40,587 nt of DNA, taken from Octopus sinensis (taxonomy: Eukaryota). The translations under genes were made by a program, and so were the position numbers. The notes below the pieces were generated by a model. It was not told the origin of the DNA. It searched no databases and saw only the letters and a list, made by a program, of their open reading frames with translations. The stretch lies in assembly GCF_006345805.1 (NCBI RefSeq), contig NW_021835418.1:1-40587 (forward strand), written 5' to 3'. Of the stretch, positions 1-12,288 are shown in pieces; position 1 is the first letter of the stretch, and each line of letters starts with the position of its first letter.

Positions 1-184
1 ATGATGATGACGACGACGCGCGGCGGAGACGACGGCGGAGAACGACGACGGGGAAACGACGACGACGGCGACGGCGGAGACGACGACGGCGGCGACGACG
101 ACGGCGGAGACGGCGGCGGTGGTCGTCTGCCTTTTAATGGAGAATCAATGATTATGAAAGTCTCTGCTTTCGGACCAGACATTC
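1..184 (-). CDS. Possible Pro/Ser-rich exon running off the window start (MSGPKAETFIIIDSPLKGRRPPPPSPPSSSPP...)
   Basis: CpG-rich island in otherwise AT-rich DNA. On the minus strand there is an AG at 186-185, then GA-ATG and a frame open to base 1. It could equally be a CGA/CGG trinucleotide repeat. Confidence 0.3.
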
Positions 185-202
185 CTATACATACATGCAA
201 GC

Positions 203-254
<52 letters not shown>

Positions 255-504
255 AACATACATACTTATAGCCTTATTTCTATACATACATTCCTAAATA
301 TGTGTGTATATATATATAAACACATGTACATATACTGTATATAAATATACACACACACACAAAGAGAGAGTGTTGAGGAATGTTACGACAATAAGTGTGT
401 AGAATGCAATGTATGCGATGCAGGTTCGATTCCCGGGCGAAGCCATTTACAACAACAACAATAAGAAGAAGAAGAAGATTGAAGTTTAATATTTCTGGAA
501 ATAT

Positions 505-3500
505 TTATTTGTCAAAATAAAAGAAAGCAAAAGATTGACGTCCAAGAATAATTCCAAAAACCATCAAAGAATTGTCTGAAACATCCAAACCAAGAACTTC
601 AAAGACTTCATTATCATCCCATCTGAGGAGTAAATATTTTGGATTATCTTTTAATCTCAGGATTTCATCATCTTCAGATGTTTCCTCTTCAATATGTCGA
701 GGTATTTCGTAAATATTGTTTATTGTATCTGTTATATAAACACATTCACCAATTATGGTCAGACGAGGTCTTGGATTATAATATTTCAGAACCAATAAAT
801 TTCCTTTTATTCTTATCCTCCTCACCAAAGACTTTTCCCTGAACCATTCCACAAAACACAAAATTCCAATCTCCAGACCCCTTCTCCTCCTCATCTCCCT
901 CCTCACAACAACAACATCACCAAAAGATGTGACTCCCACATCATCCACCCCTTCATCTCCCTCAAACCTTCCATATCCCCATCTTCCCACGACACACTTC
1001 ATCTTTACATTTCCCATCTTCAATATCAACACATCCACATAATAAGGGTCAAAGATGTCAGGGTCTTTGCAAAATAGTAATCCTTGTTGTTTTCCCATAT
1101 TCTTTCGTATTTCTCGTCTCTCTCTTCTTGAGTTATGTCTCTAATATAATGACCACCACACACGAGTTGATTGTCGTTGTATTTAAAATCCTGTTGTAGT
1201 ATTTCTCAGTTCTGATGGTTTTTAAACGACGAGAGATCCCTGTTGAAGACCCTCATTTCTCTCCAAAGGCGACAATGAAACATTCCTCTGTCCACCGACA
1301 TATGTCCAGTGGTGGTCGTGTTGTTGTTCATGTTGAAGTATGTCCACTGTTGTTGTTGTTGTTCTGATTAATGTGACACTTTCTCGAAACATCAACACAC
1401 TCACATTCTCATCTAACTTAATTAGTTTACTGTTCAGGTCCCTAATGTCCCTCAAATCATAATCAACAGGTTCCTCGAATGCAGGAATGGAAAAAGGGAC
1501 CATTGCTGTCCTATATGGAAGTCTCCTCACTGATATTTCATCAATTCCTGAATTATTAATCTCCGCTATGTAATTACCACATCTCACCTTTAATCTACCT
1601 TTACCAATTATTTCACCTGATTTACCTCTTCTTCTTCCTCCTCCATCTCCATCTCCTCCTCTGTATTCCAATTTATTAATTAATTCATTACTGAATATTT
1701 CCTTGTTCGTTTCAGATGTAATGGAAGGGAACGAAGACCAGAATCAAGATTTAATGACGACACAGATTCCAGAATGTTCACTTGGTCCCCATCAATCTTT
1801 ATGCAATGACATTCAATCAATTCATTATGTACACACCAGTAAATACCCGCCACTTTTCTCCATATTACACCATAAGGGATGAGACTCGACCAAACTTGAG
1901 ATGTCTGCAAATCTTCTCCATTCAGTTGAAATATTTCTTTCCTTTTAGGAACCGTGGCCATTATGTGTGATTCTTGTGTAAAACACACACCACCAACTAA
2001 ACTTGCAACATTTCTGTGACATAGCAACTGGCCGTCTTCATCGAATATTTTAACATTTCCATTATTGGCTTTTTCACACACAACTGTCTTTCCTTCCTCA
2101 GAGACATCAAAATCTTTTACCTGAACAGGACATTCGTCTGTTTGTAAACGAGCAACCGGGAAGCTGTCTCGATTCACCATAAACAACCCTTCAACATACA
2201 ATTCATTCCTCCTGGGGCTTCCAACAAACCTTGGTCCTTTACAGTCTATACTGAAGAAATCTACTCTATCTTTATAAATTCTTTTATTTAAAAATATTCT
2301 CTTGTATTCCCCATTCTGGGTCAAACACAAAATATTTCGATATCCGGATGAAACAAAACATTTCTCCCACTCACCATAAATGTACAAAAAACTGTCATCA
2401 ATTGTCATCCTGTCATCATCACCAACATAATACTCCATGTAGTGTCTGACTGAATGTAAATATTGACCACCACTGTTGAAGAAAATGATGAATCTTTCGT
2501 TGAAGACGATGATGACATCTTCATCAGTAACTTTAATATCCCGGATTATATCAGAATACTTTCCATCTGCTTCTCTCTATTAATGGTTCAGGTATGTCTA
2601 TTTTTTTTTATTCCTTCACACTCGAATGTATTTCATCAATATCAACAAAATGCAAATGTCTTCCATCTCTCTTTTCACTCAAAACCAGTTGATTGTTTGA
2701 TAAAGAAGCCACACATTATAATTATTTCTCGTTTTGTAAATTACCAACGACAATGGAAATTCCACTTTTAATGTCCACAGTGGTGTTTATTAGAACGATC
2801 CCCAGTCGTAATGACCAGTGTGTTTGACTGCCATCGACACATTTTAATATCTCTATAAACATTCACTTTGATTGAATCCATAAGGTGACCATCCAATGTG
2901 AATATCTTAATGTTTCCATTCTTCCTGTCACATCCTGCAATCAGATTATTTTCAGTAAGAACCAAACGTTTAATCTCGCTGGTCTTTGTCTCCCAAATGT
3001 TTAGGGAGAGGAATACGTCTGCCTTTATCAGAAACTGTCAGGTCCTGTAGATATAAAGTGGAAGACAACATTTCACTGAGAGAAATGTGTCTGGAAAATA
3101 CATCCACCAGGTCGATATAATAATTAAGTTGATTATTAGTAACGAGATCATTAACCAACAAATTCTGATCGTTTATGGCAAACATACGGCTTCTGTCTAT
3201 CAGATAAACAGACGTTGGGTCAATAGATCCACCTTGGAGACTGAGGGGACGTTTCACTTGGGACATAAAACACTGGGGACCATCTTAATACTACTAGCAT
3301 AACCATATCTAGTTTTACACCGAAGACGATGACGACGATGACCACCACCACCTATTCTAGTGTTGTACTGAAAAGCTTTTTCCCTAGTAACAATTAATAG
3401 CTTTTCTGTTTCCTTGTCTACTGATAATGATTTCACAAACACAGGGATATTAATTGTCTTAATTACTTCAACTTGATTATAATAATTGATGGCTAAAATG

Positions 3501-6024
3501 TCTAAATGTGATGGTTTATCACAATAACAAACAATTTCACATTCACCCATCTTACACACCCGTACATAAGGCTGCCTTAATTTTACACTTCTCACTGTCT
3601 TTGATAGGTTTCCGATGACCCTTAATTGTTTCTGTAGGGGTAATGTGACCCCTATATGATTAGAATCCCATCGACATATATCTGTGGCTGTAGACGGCAG
3701 AGATAATCTGGACACAATGTCTCCTTCCTCAGAAATGTACAACAAGCAATCATGGTTGATGTCGGACACCACCAACTGTCCATTGGACAGATTACATATT
3801 TCGCCAATGACAAGTTTTTGGTCATTCTCCTTTTCTTTGAGTCGTAGATTTAGATTTCTGATGTAAGGATTTTTAATGGGTAAAAGACAGCCAGACGACC
3901 GGTCTTGATACTTGTAAAGAAGAACCCTGTTGAGTTGAGTGTCCGGGACATAAAGAGTTCCTTGGAAAACAGCAATGTGAGGGTGAACAGGGAAGGCAGT
4001 TCCCACTGCCATTTCATTTGTCCATATAGATCGTAACATCTGAGAATAGAGTGTCTCCTGAAGAGGACATAGAATAAACATTATCAGAGTAGATGTGATG
4101 AGGGTAGCCATAGAATGGAAGGTATTTTTGAAAAAGTTCTTCACCACATGTGGAATAAAATACCATTTTATTTTCGTTTCCATCTACGACTACAAAATTA
4201 ATTGGAGTTGCAGCAATGCTGACATTATGATGTCCCAGAGAAATTCTTTCTGCAATGTCAACTTTATATTTGTGGATCAAGAGGATATGGACCTCGCTTT
4301 TGTTTTCATGGTGGTCACAGCTAACACTTATTTGATACAATATGACAGATTTTCATGTAACCAGTTTGCACCTTTATTAAAGGCCTTTTCTTTCAGGACA
4401 GGTGATATACTGAAACCCTTTCATTTCAGGATAAAATACCAGGAATCTGTTTGCGTTTATTCTACAACAGAAGAAGGAAGCCCAAGGAAAACTGAATTAT
4501 TTTGGTTAATTATTTCCCCGTTATCAGTGAATAATTTAGCTTTCTTGTTTTTGTAAATTATTAATATAGAAGATGTAGACATAGGTAGAATATTTGTAAT
4601 GTTGTAGCAATCCTCAATATAAATATAGCTGTTCAATGTTGGGGTCCATAGCTGGGGTTATGTGACTGCCTGGGCCAAAAGTCTTCATTTGTTCCAATGA
4701 TATGAAGGACATCAAAATAATCGGTACAAAAATGTTTTCTCTGCCAACAGAAATATGGCGGCATTTCATGCCAATTCCTCTTGTTGTCACAGCACCTGTA
4801 CCTGATATCCGATAAATAATATGTCCCTGAAGGACATAAAAATGGTTTTGGTACACAGAGATGTGGCTTGGAATGTCCAGGGAATTGGTATCCACCTCAA
4901 ATAATGCTGGCCATCCACATTGTAACAGGTAACCCTGTTAATATTGGAAAAGGATACTAAGAGTTTATTTTGTGCTCCTACAGCAATATCTGAAGGGGTT
5001 TCTTTGGTTATGAATTCGTATTTTATTCTATTCTCTTCCCAGTCAAATACGTATATGGTCTGACCAAACATTTCTACACCTATAAGCGTAGAATGTTCCA
5101 AATAAGAAACCAAGATTAATCCTAGCTGAATTCTTGTGATTCTCAAACTTAAAGGGTTGATAATAAGAATCATTTTTCGGAAGGGCAGGGTGGCGAGGAC
5201 TGTGTCTTCACTGATTCTTGTAAAATCAGTGACAGAAGATGAGCAACGAACATCGTTTCTGTTGCCGTCTCTTGTTATACAACATATTGTCATACAGTGG
5301 CGGGAATATGTTACAATACCCCCTTGCATGACGACAATATTGGATATTGGGTTGCTTAAGTCTTCACCAGATTCCTCAATCTCTACTTCTCTGGTCACAA
5401 CTGGCCGAAGAGGACGAAATTTTGTGGTTACTTTTGGTGGTTCAATGGTCTTGTGGTTGTATGGGTTACAGGTGACATAAATGTCAAAGAGTCTTTGTTG
5501 AAACCAATCAAGGTTTTGGTGAACAAAATCATTATTTTGTTCTGCAATTTCCAGAAATCTTGGCATTTTACGTTTGATATTACGTAAAATTCGAGATCCA
5601 TTTAAACCCAGAGAGTCCATGTGATTACATTTATCCTTTACATAATCTATAAACGTATTGATGTGGTCTGTTTTGATTAGTGTTCGGTAACATGTCACAA
5701 TATGAAGGAAACTTGGTAACATGGACTTTTCCTGTTCTTTAGATTTCTTTGTGTCTTTTCTTTCCTGTTCTTCTGTTTTCTTTGTGTTTTGTGTGTAATA
5801 ATATTTGGGTAATAATTGGTGTAGTTTCCTTATAAATTGCTGTTGTATCACAGACTGTGGCAGGAATGAGAGCCAACATTTTGTTTTCTTCATTAATCTT
5901 CTCCATTTTATGAATATAGAATTATTATCTTTTTCTGTTAAATATATTCTTTTCTGTGGATTTTGTTTTTCTTCTTTTGGAATACAATTTATCTCTTCAA
6001 AATTCACTAATTTTTACATGAAAG
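505..6024 (-). CDS. Giant exon encoding a multi-NHL-like beta-propeller protein (~1,800 aa; resembles the C-terminal domain of mollusc TRIM2/3-like proteins, repeated about 5-6 times); frameshifted in this sequence
   Basis: The minus-strand ORFs 6007-4787, 4895-4614, 4340-4014, 4183-3254, 3266-2970, 2965-2768, 2438-1680, 1671-1222 and 1098-505 abut or overlap. At the junctions I checked by hand, one added base joins them in frame. Blade-like motifs recur: LVVSDINHDCLLYISEEG, IAGCDRKNGNIKIFTLDG, VVCEKANNGNVKIFDEDG, VLATLPFRKMIL/IGVTLPLQKQL/IMATVPKRKEI. A splice acceptor tttcattttatttcAG lies at 6026-6025 and a TAA stop at 507-505. Upstream exons were not identified. Confidence 0.7.
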
Positions 6025-6368
6025 CTGAAATAAAATGAAAACTTTATTAGTTTTGTGAAAAGCTTTTGATAAAATAATATTTACTTGATTCATTCAAAGA
6101 ATTTCAAGGAAAACACACATTTCATTAAATATATTAAACAAATTGTTTATTTGACAGTGAAGTTAAACATTTAAACTGTTTTCAATGGAATAATCATTAG
6201 AAATAAAACTTGAAGATATAAATACACCATTATCTTTATTGACTGAATATAAGTGATGGTGAAAAGTGTTGTAGTAAGAAGGAATATAAATATTTTGTTG
6301 AGGTTATTTCTACAGATATTATCGGTAGAAATTATAGCCAGGACTGATTTCCTGCTACAACATTTCAT

Positions 6369-6470
6369 ATCGAAATGTCAGACGGAAACAAACAATGAGA
6401 TCAAAGAGAAAAAATCTGTTGTTTGTTCTCATTGTTTATCTCATTGTTTGTTTACATCTGACATCTCGAT
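6369..6470. repeat. 32-bp inverted repeat hairpin (3 mismatches, 38-nt loop)
   Basis: Left arm 6369-6400 is atcgaaatgtcagacggaaacaaacaatgaga. The reverse complement of the right arm (6439-6470) is atcgagatgtcagatgtaaacaaacaatgaga. Confidence 0.85.
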
Positions 6471-7819
6471 AGGAAAGGTTTTAGCAAAAAATCAGAGCCA
6501 ACTATAATTTCTATGGAATATCAATAGAATAATGTGAAAAACACTGCTAACAAAGTAGAATGTGGTGTTGACTTCTAAAACGATTTAATATATTTTACAG
6601 GAATTTATGGTTGCATAATGAAATACCCGTCCCTACAAATCAGGAATATAAGTATTATTAATAATTATATGCACTGGAAATGATGTGACAGTCATGGTTG
6701 GCTTGGTTTCCATCATATTTACCTGGATTCACAGATACCAATAAAGCTGGAGATGAAACTGTTCTTAACCTGACAAATGCTGTAAATCTCTCGACATTTC
6801 AATATAATCCACACAATTATCATACACACACATTGATTAACTCGGAAAGCTTATCCAAAGATGGGCTTTCATATAATCACACTGATAGACAGCATGTTGA
6901 GAGGATCGTTATTATTTGTTGCTGATTGAGATAATAAAGATTGGTTAATGAATAAGCCCAATTAATGAAAGGTAGGTTCATCTTAATTATCTTTAATATA
7001 AGGGACAATGTTTGGGTAGCAATGAGAAAGATGTGTTTGTATGAAAAAGGGGTTTGGCAGGTGAAGTGTGTTTTGTTTTGTGTTAGGTGAGGAGTTATAA
7101 CTTGGTGTAGTTTATTATGAAGTATTGGGGGTTTAATGAGGTGGATTAGGAAATATTGGTGGGGGTGTTTAATGACATTCTGGTGACCCATCATCATCAG
7201 AATGATCCTCCACCGCCTCCTTGGTCTATGAAATAATGACTGTTACTCTATTGACCCCAGGAGGAATGAAAAATAAAAGAGACCTTGTTCAGGATGTCAG
7301 CTCTTTGAATATACATGGACTAAACAACAACATATTTTTGGGGAACAGCTGGATAAGGCTATGTTGTTGTTATTGCTGTTGTTGTTGGCAGCAAAGTTTA
7401 TAAAGAGAAAAGCAGATAATTGCAAATATTTCTATTGTAAAATTAAATTGGAATGAATGTTTATGTTTCATTTGTGCCATTCTACTTGGTTTATTTTGGG
7501 GAAGAAAAACCTACAAAACCCCTCATAATAATTAGACTTTAATCTAATCGTAGATGTATTTATATACACATGCATACATATATATGAATGAATGTGTATA
7601 ATATATACACAAGGATGCACATATGTATATTTATACATGTATAATATATACACACGGATGCACATATGTATATTTATACATCCATATGTCTGTATGTATG
7701 TATGATGATCATCATTTTACCCCCACTTTCCATGCTGGAATTGGTTGGATGGTTCAAAGAATATCTTGCCTGAAGTTACATTTTCTGGTTTTCTTTCTAC
7801 AGCTGGATGCACGCAAAAA

Positions 7820-8174
7820 CCCACTACACACACTCATGGAGTGGTTGGCGTTAGGAAGGGCATCCAGCCGTAGAAACTTTGCCAGATCAGACTGGGCATG
7901 GTGCAGCCTTCTGGCTTCCCAGACCCCAGTTGAACCGTCCAACCCATGCTAGCATGGAAAGCGGATGGTAAATGATGATATATACATATATAATATATAT
8001 ATATATATATATGTATATATCATCATTTACCATCCGCTTTCCATGCTAGCATGGGTTGGACGGTTCAACTGGGGTCTGGGAAGCCAGAAGGCTGCACCAT
8101 GCCCAGTCTGATCTGGCAAAGTTTCTACGGCTGGATGCCCTTCCTAACGCCAACCACTCCATGAGTGTAGTGGG
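7820..8174. repeat. Near-perfect ~150-bp inverted duplication of an RTE-3'-end/SINE-like repeat around a TA spacer
   Basis: 7828-7980 and 8018-8168 are reverse complements. The sequence matches the RTE 3' end seen at 35720-35870. Confidence 0.9.
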
Positions 8175-8870
8175 TTCTTTTTACATATATATACCTTCAC
8201 ATACCCGTGTATAAATATTTGTGTCTATGTATGTTTATAGATATGAATCAATGAACGACAAAAGAACAAGAGTTACGTAGACACCTTCATTAGCTTCCAG
8301 CTGTTTCTGCTACAGGAAGCAGTGAACTCGAGCTGAGTGTGTGTGCGCATAGGTGTCTGTGCATTTGTTTATGTTTGCAATCTCTTTTAAGTTGCTCCAA
8401 GCAGAAACATCTGTCAACCAATCACCCCCACCTTGGAAGACATGGGAAATAAGAACTTTTGTTCGTGCAAAATGGTTTTGGGTGAGCAATAGGAAGGCTG
8501 TCTGTCTGTAAAACAAGGCTACAATAATATATTCACCTAACCCATGCTAGCATACAAAATCAGATGTGCAATCAAACATAAGTAAACCCATGTTTATTCA
8601 TTCATATACTCTTATGCATGCATAAACACACACACACACGTGTATGTGTGCATCTGGTGTTAAGAAGATCATCCAGCTGTAGAAATCTTGCCAAATCTTG
8701 CCAAATCTTTCATTGGAGCTCAGCAATGTCCTCTGGTTCACTACTTCCTCGTCAACTGTCCTACCCATGCCAGTTAGGGAAAATGGATATCAAAACCTTT
8801 ATAATACATCAGGTGGTGTATTTTCTTTTCTGTATTTTCCTTCTAATAATTTTGTTTTGTTTCTTGCCAG

Positions 8871-8989
8871 GTTCTCATGAGTCCCACTCAGTCGAGTCTA
8901 TGACTACACTTGATGAGAGTCACCAATCCTCACCTGGCTTCAAGCAAGAGAATATTTCCCCAAGTTCTTCCAACATGAACAGCACAATG
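8871..8989 (+). CDS. Possible isolated Ser-rich exon (GSHESHSVESMTTLDESHQSSPGFKQENISPSSSNMNSTM)
   Basis: Long polypyrimidine tract plus CAG acceptor at 8868-8870 and an open frame. The donor (GTTGGA) is weak, and I recognise no homologue. Confidence 0.25.
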
Positions 8990-9113
8990 GTTGGATATGT
9001 TTTCTGGTGGAACACTGCAAACAAACGACTCTGTTTGTTTGACGTGACATTTGTTTATAATTCGCAGCAGATGTCAAGACAAGGAGACATGAGCAGACAT
9101 ATGCACACACACA

Positions 9114-9158
<45 letters not shown>

Positions 9159-9204
9159 CAAATGTAGATATGCATACATGAATATACACACACATGTATA
9201 TACC

Positions 9205-9360
9205 ATAGGCTTTATCAGTTCCAGGTACGAAACCCACTCACAAGGCTTGAGTCGACCTGGAACATTAGAAGAAGTTAATTCTTTAAGGTGCTGCAGAGTG
9301 GGACTGAACCTGAAACCACAAGGTTCTGAAGTGAGTTTCTTAACCATACAGCCATGCCCC
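9205..9360 (-). mobile_element. Degenerate tRNA-derived SINE
   Basis: Diverged copy of the family at 30670-30825 and 39836-39995 (cactcacaaggct...gggactgaacc...acagcca). Confidence 0.6.
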
Positions 9361-9394
9361 CAACCTTTTTTGGTAATATTTTGAAGATAATAAT

Positions 9395-9945
9395 AATCCT
9401 TTCTACTATAGGCATAAGACCTGAAATTTTGGGTGTGGGGGGTTAATTGATTATGTCACCCCCCCAGCCCCTAACTGGTTCTTATTTTATCAATCCCAAA
9501 AGGACGAGGGGCAAAATCAACCTTGGTGGAATTTGAACTCAAAATGTAAACTTGGAAGAAATGATGCAAAGTATTTTGTCTGCCATTTTGTAACAATTCC
9601 GCTTCTTCATCAATAACTATAACAATAACAACATCAATAATAATAATATTAGCAGCAGCAACAAAAACAACAATAACAACAGCAATGATTTCTTTTATGT
9701 TTTTTTTAATATAATATAAAAAAGTTTTGGCACAAGGCCAGCAAGTTGAAGGAAGGGTCCAGTCTATTACACTGACCCCAGTACTCAACTAGTACTTAAT
9801 TATCGATCCAAAAGGATGAAAGGCTGTCAACCTGGGGATTTGAACTCAGAAAGTAAAGATGGACAAAATGCCGCTCAACATTTTGCTTTGCATCCTCACA
9901 ATTCTGCCAGCTCGTCACAGTAATTAAATAATAATAATAATAATA

Positions 9946-9981
<36 letters not shown>

Positions 9982-10250
9982 GTAATAATAATAATAATAA
10001 TAACTAATAATACTTTCTTACTATAGGCACAAGGCCTGAATTTGGGTGAGGGGACTAGTAATTACAATCGCTTCCTGTGCTGGCTGGAAGTTATTGAATC
10101 GACCCCAAAAGGATGAAAGGCAAAGTTGACCTTGGTGGAATTTGAACTCAGAATGTAAGATGGACAAAATGCCGCTCAACATTTTGCTTTGCATCCTCAC
10201 AATTCTGCCAGCTCGTCACAGTAATTATAATAATAATAATAATAATAATA

Positions 10251-10289
<39 letters not shown>

Positions 10290-10972
10290 TAATACTTTCT
10301 TACTATAGGCACAAGGCCTGAAATTTGGGGTGAGGGGACTAGTAATTACATCGCTTCCTGTGCATGCTTAAGTTATTGAATCGACCCCAAAAGGATGAAA
10401 GGCAAAGTTGACCTTGGTGAATTTGAACTCAGAATGTAAAGATGGACAAAATGCCGCTCAACATTTTGCTTTGCATCCTCACAATTCTGCCAGCTCGTCA
10501 CAGTAATTATAATAATAATAATAATAATAATATAATAATAATAATAATAATAATATAATAATAATAATACTTTCTTACTATAGGCACAAGGCCTGAAATT
10601 TGGGGTGAGGGGACTAGTAAATTACATCGCCTCCATTGCGTAGCTGGAACTTATTGAATCGACCCCAAAAGGATGAAAGGCAAAGTTGACCTTGGTGGAA
10701 TTTGAACTCAGAATGTAGTGGCAGATGAGTCGTAATAATAATAATAATAATAATAATGGCTTCAAATTTTAACAGAAGGCCAGAAAGTTCTGGGGAGCAG
10801 GCAACTTGATTACATCGACCCCAGAACTCAAAAGGTACTCATTTTATTGACCCCGAAAGGATAAAGGTTGATGTTGGAAAAATTTGAACTCAGAACGTAA
10901 AAGCAAACAAATAGCTGCCTAGCATTTTGCCCGGAATGCTAACGATTCTGCCAGCTCACCACCCAAATAATA
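9395..10972 (-). mobile_element. Head-to-tail array of about six tRNA-derived SINE copies separated by (TAA)n
   Basis: The unit ...ctataggcacaaggcctgaaatt...gaccccaaaaggatgaaaggcaaagttgaccttggtggaatttgaactcagaa...ttctgccagctc recurs at a period of ~270 bp. A B-box-like GAGTTCAAATTCC is present on the minus strand. Confidence 0.85.
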
Positions 10973-11289
10973 AAGGGTAAAGACCCCCTTCGGTCATGAG
11001 TGACCATGGGTTTGCACCTAGAGAGTTACCCTCTGAGGCACAAGTCTGGGTAAGGTTGTTTTATGGAAGACCAGTAGTCGCCCATGCATACCGGCCTCCC
11101 CTCTCCACGCCACCAGTGTTATCCAAGGGAAAGGCAAAGGGGCCGATACAGCTTGGCACCTGTGAACTGGAGCAACGTGAAATAAAGTGTCTTGCTCAAG
11201 AACACAACACGCAGCCCGGTCCGGGATTCGAGCTCACAACCTCACGATCGTAAGCTCGACGCTCTAACCACTGAGCCATGCGCCTTCAC
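10973..11289 (-). mobile_element. Young tRNA-head SINE with target-site duplication
   Basis: The minus strand begins GTGAAGGCGCATGGCTCAGTGGTTAGAGCG...GAGCTCGAATCCCGG, carrying A and B boxes. The flanking direct repeat cacccaaataata is at 10960-10972 and 11287-11299. Confidence 0.85.
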
Positions 11290-11532
11290 CCAAATAATAG
11301 TAATAGTAACAGTAATTAATAATAATGATAACAACCCTTCCTTTCCTATTTCATATCCTTCATATGTCCTTCTCTTCTTTTACTTTCTTCTCTCTCTCTC
11401 TCTCTCTCTCATTCCCTCTCTCCTTTTCAATATCAACTTCAACATTTTATTTCCCTTTTACATAAACATGTATATATTATGTGTGTGTGTATTTATATAG
11501 TGTACGTGTATATATGTATATATATATATATT

Positions 11533-11725
11533 CTTTTATTCGTATACTTGTTTCAGTCATTTGACTGTGGCCATACTGGAGCACTGCCTTTAGTCAAACA
11601 AATTGACCCCAGGACTTATTCTTTGTAAGCCTAGTACTTATTCTATTGGTGTCTTTTGCTGAACTTTTAAGTTACAGGGATGTAAACACACCAACATCGG
11701 TTGTCAAGCAATGTTAGTGGGACAA
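11533..11725 (-). mobile_element. SINE-like repeat whose 3' tail matches the CR1/L2-like LINE tail
   Basis: Homologous to 30450-30640 and 34570-34730. It contains the reverse complement of ccag(c/t)atggccacag...ctgaaac. Confidence 0.7.
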
Positions 11726-12288
11726 AAATAAAGACACAATTACGTACCTATTTGATTTCTTAGCTTATATTTCTGTAAAATTGATTTACAAACTTTGAAT
11801 TTTCTATGCAAAATAAAATCTAAAACTTTTTGTCATTAAATATAATTTACATTTTCTTTCTTTAGAATTCATCAAATATTTTTGAAATTGTTCAAAAAAA
11901 TATAAACTTTCTCTTCTTGTAAAAGTATTTGAAATCCTGGACACATTTTTTATAGTTTATAAAATGGTAGGAGGAAATTAGCACTAACGTGAAGAGTGTG
12001 TGTATATATGTATGTATACAAGTGTGTATCTCTCTCTCTCTCACTTTATATATATATTTAATGCATTGCACATTAAAATGTTGATGTAGGATAAAGATGT
12101 ACTGGGAGAGAAAATATATGTTGTCACCAAATTGTTTAATATTTAAACAATTCTTCTTGTTTGCTTCAAGATATAAAATAGAAATGAAATCACCAGAACA
12201 ATTCCATTTATATACAAAGTTTAATATTAAAATCAAAATCAGTTAAAAAAATATATTTCATTGATTGAAAGAAGAAAAAGATCAATTA

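Noticed and set aside
420-446. tRNA 3'-half-like GGTTCGATTCCCGGGCGAAGCCA
   Set aside because: Only a B-box/T-arm fragment is present, with no D-arm or full cloverleaf. It is probably a SINE or tRNA remnant.
2463-5480. Plus-strand ORFs (e.g. 2463-2771, 4095-4556, 5136-5480)
   Set aside because: They are antisense shadows of the minus-strand coding exon.
6870-7225. C/A-rich minus-strand stretch after an AG; one frame looks Pro/Asn/Thr-rich with six TAA codons, another frame is a 106-aa ORF
   Set aside because: Compositional bias explains both observations. There is no recognisable homology and no basis for invoking stop-codon recoding.
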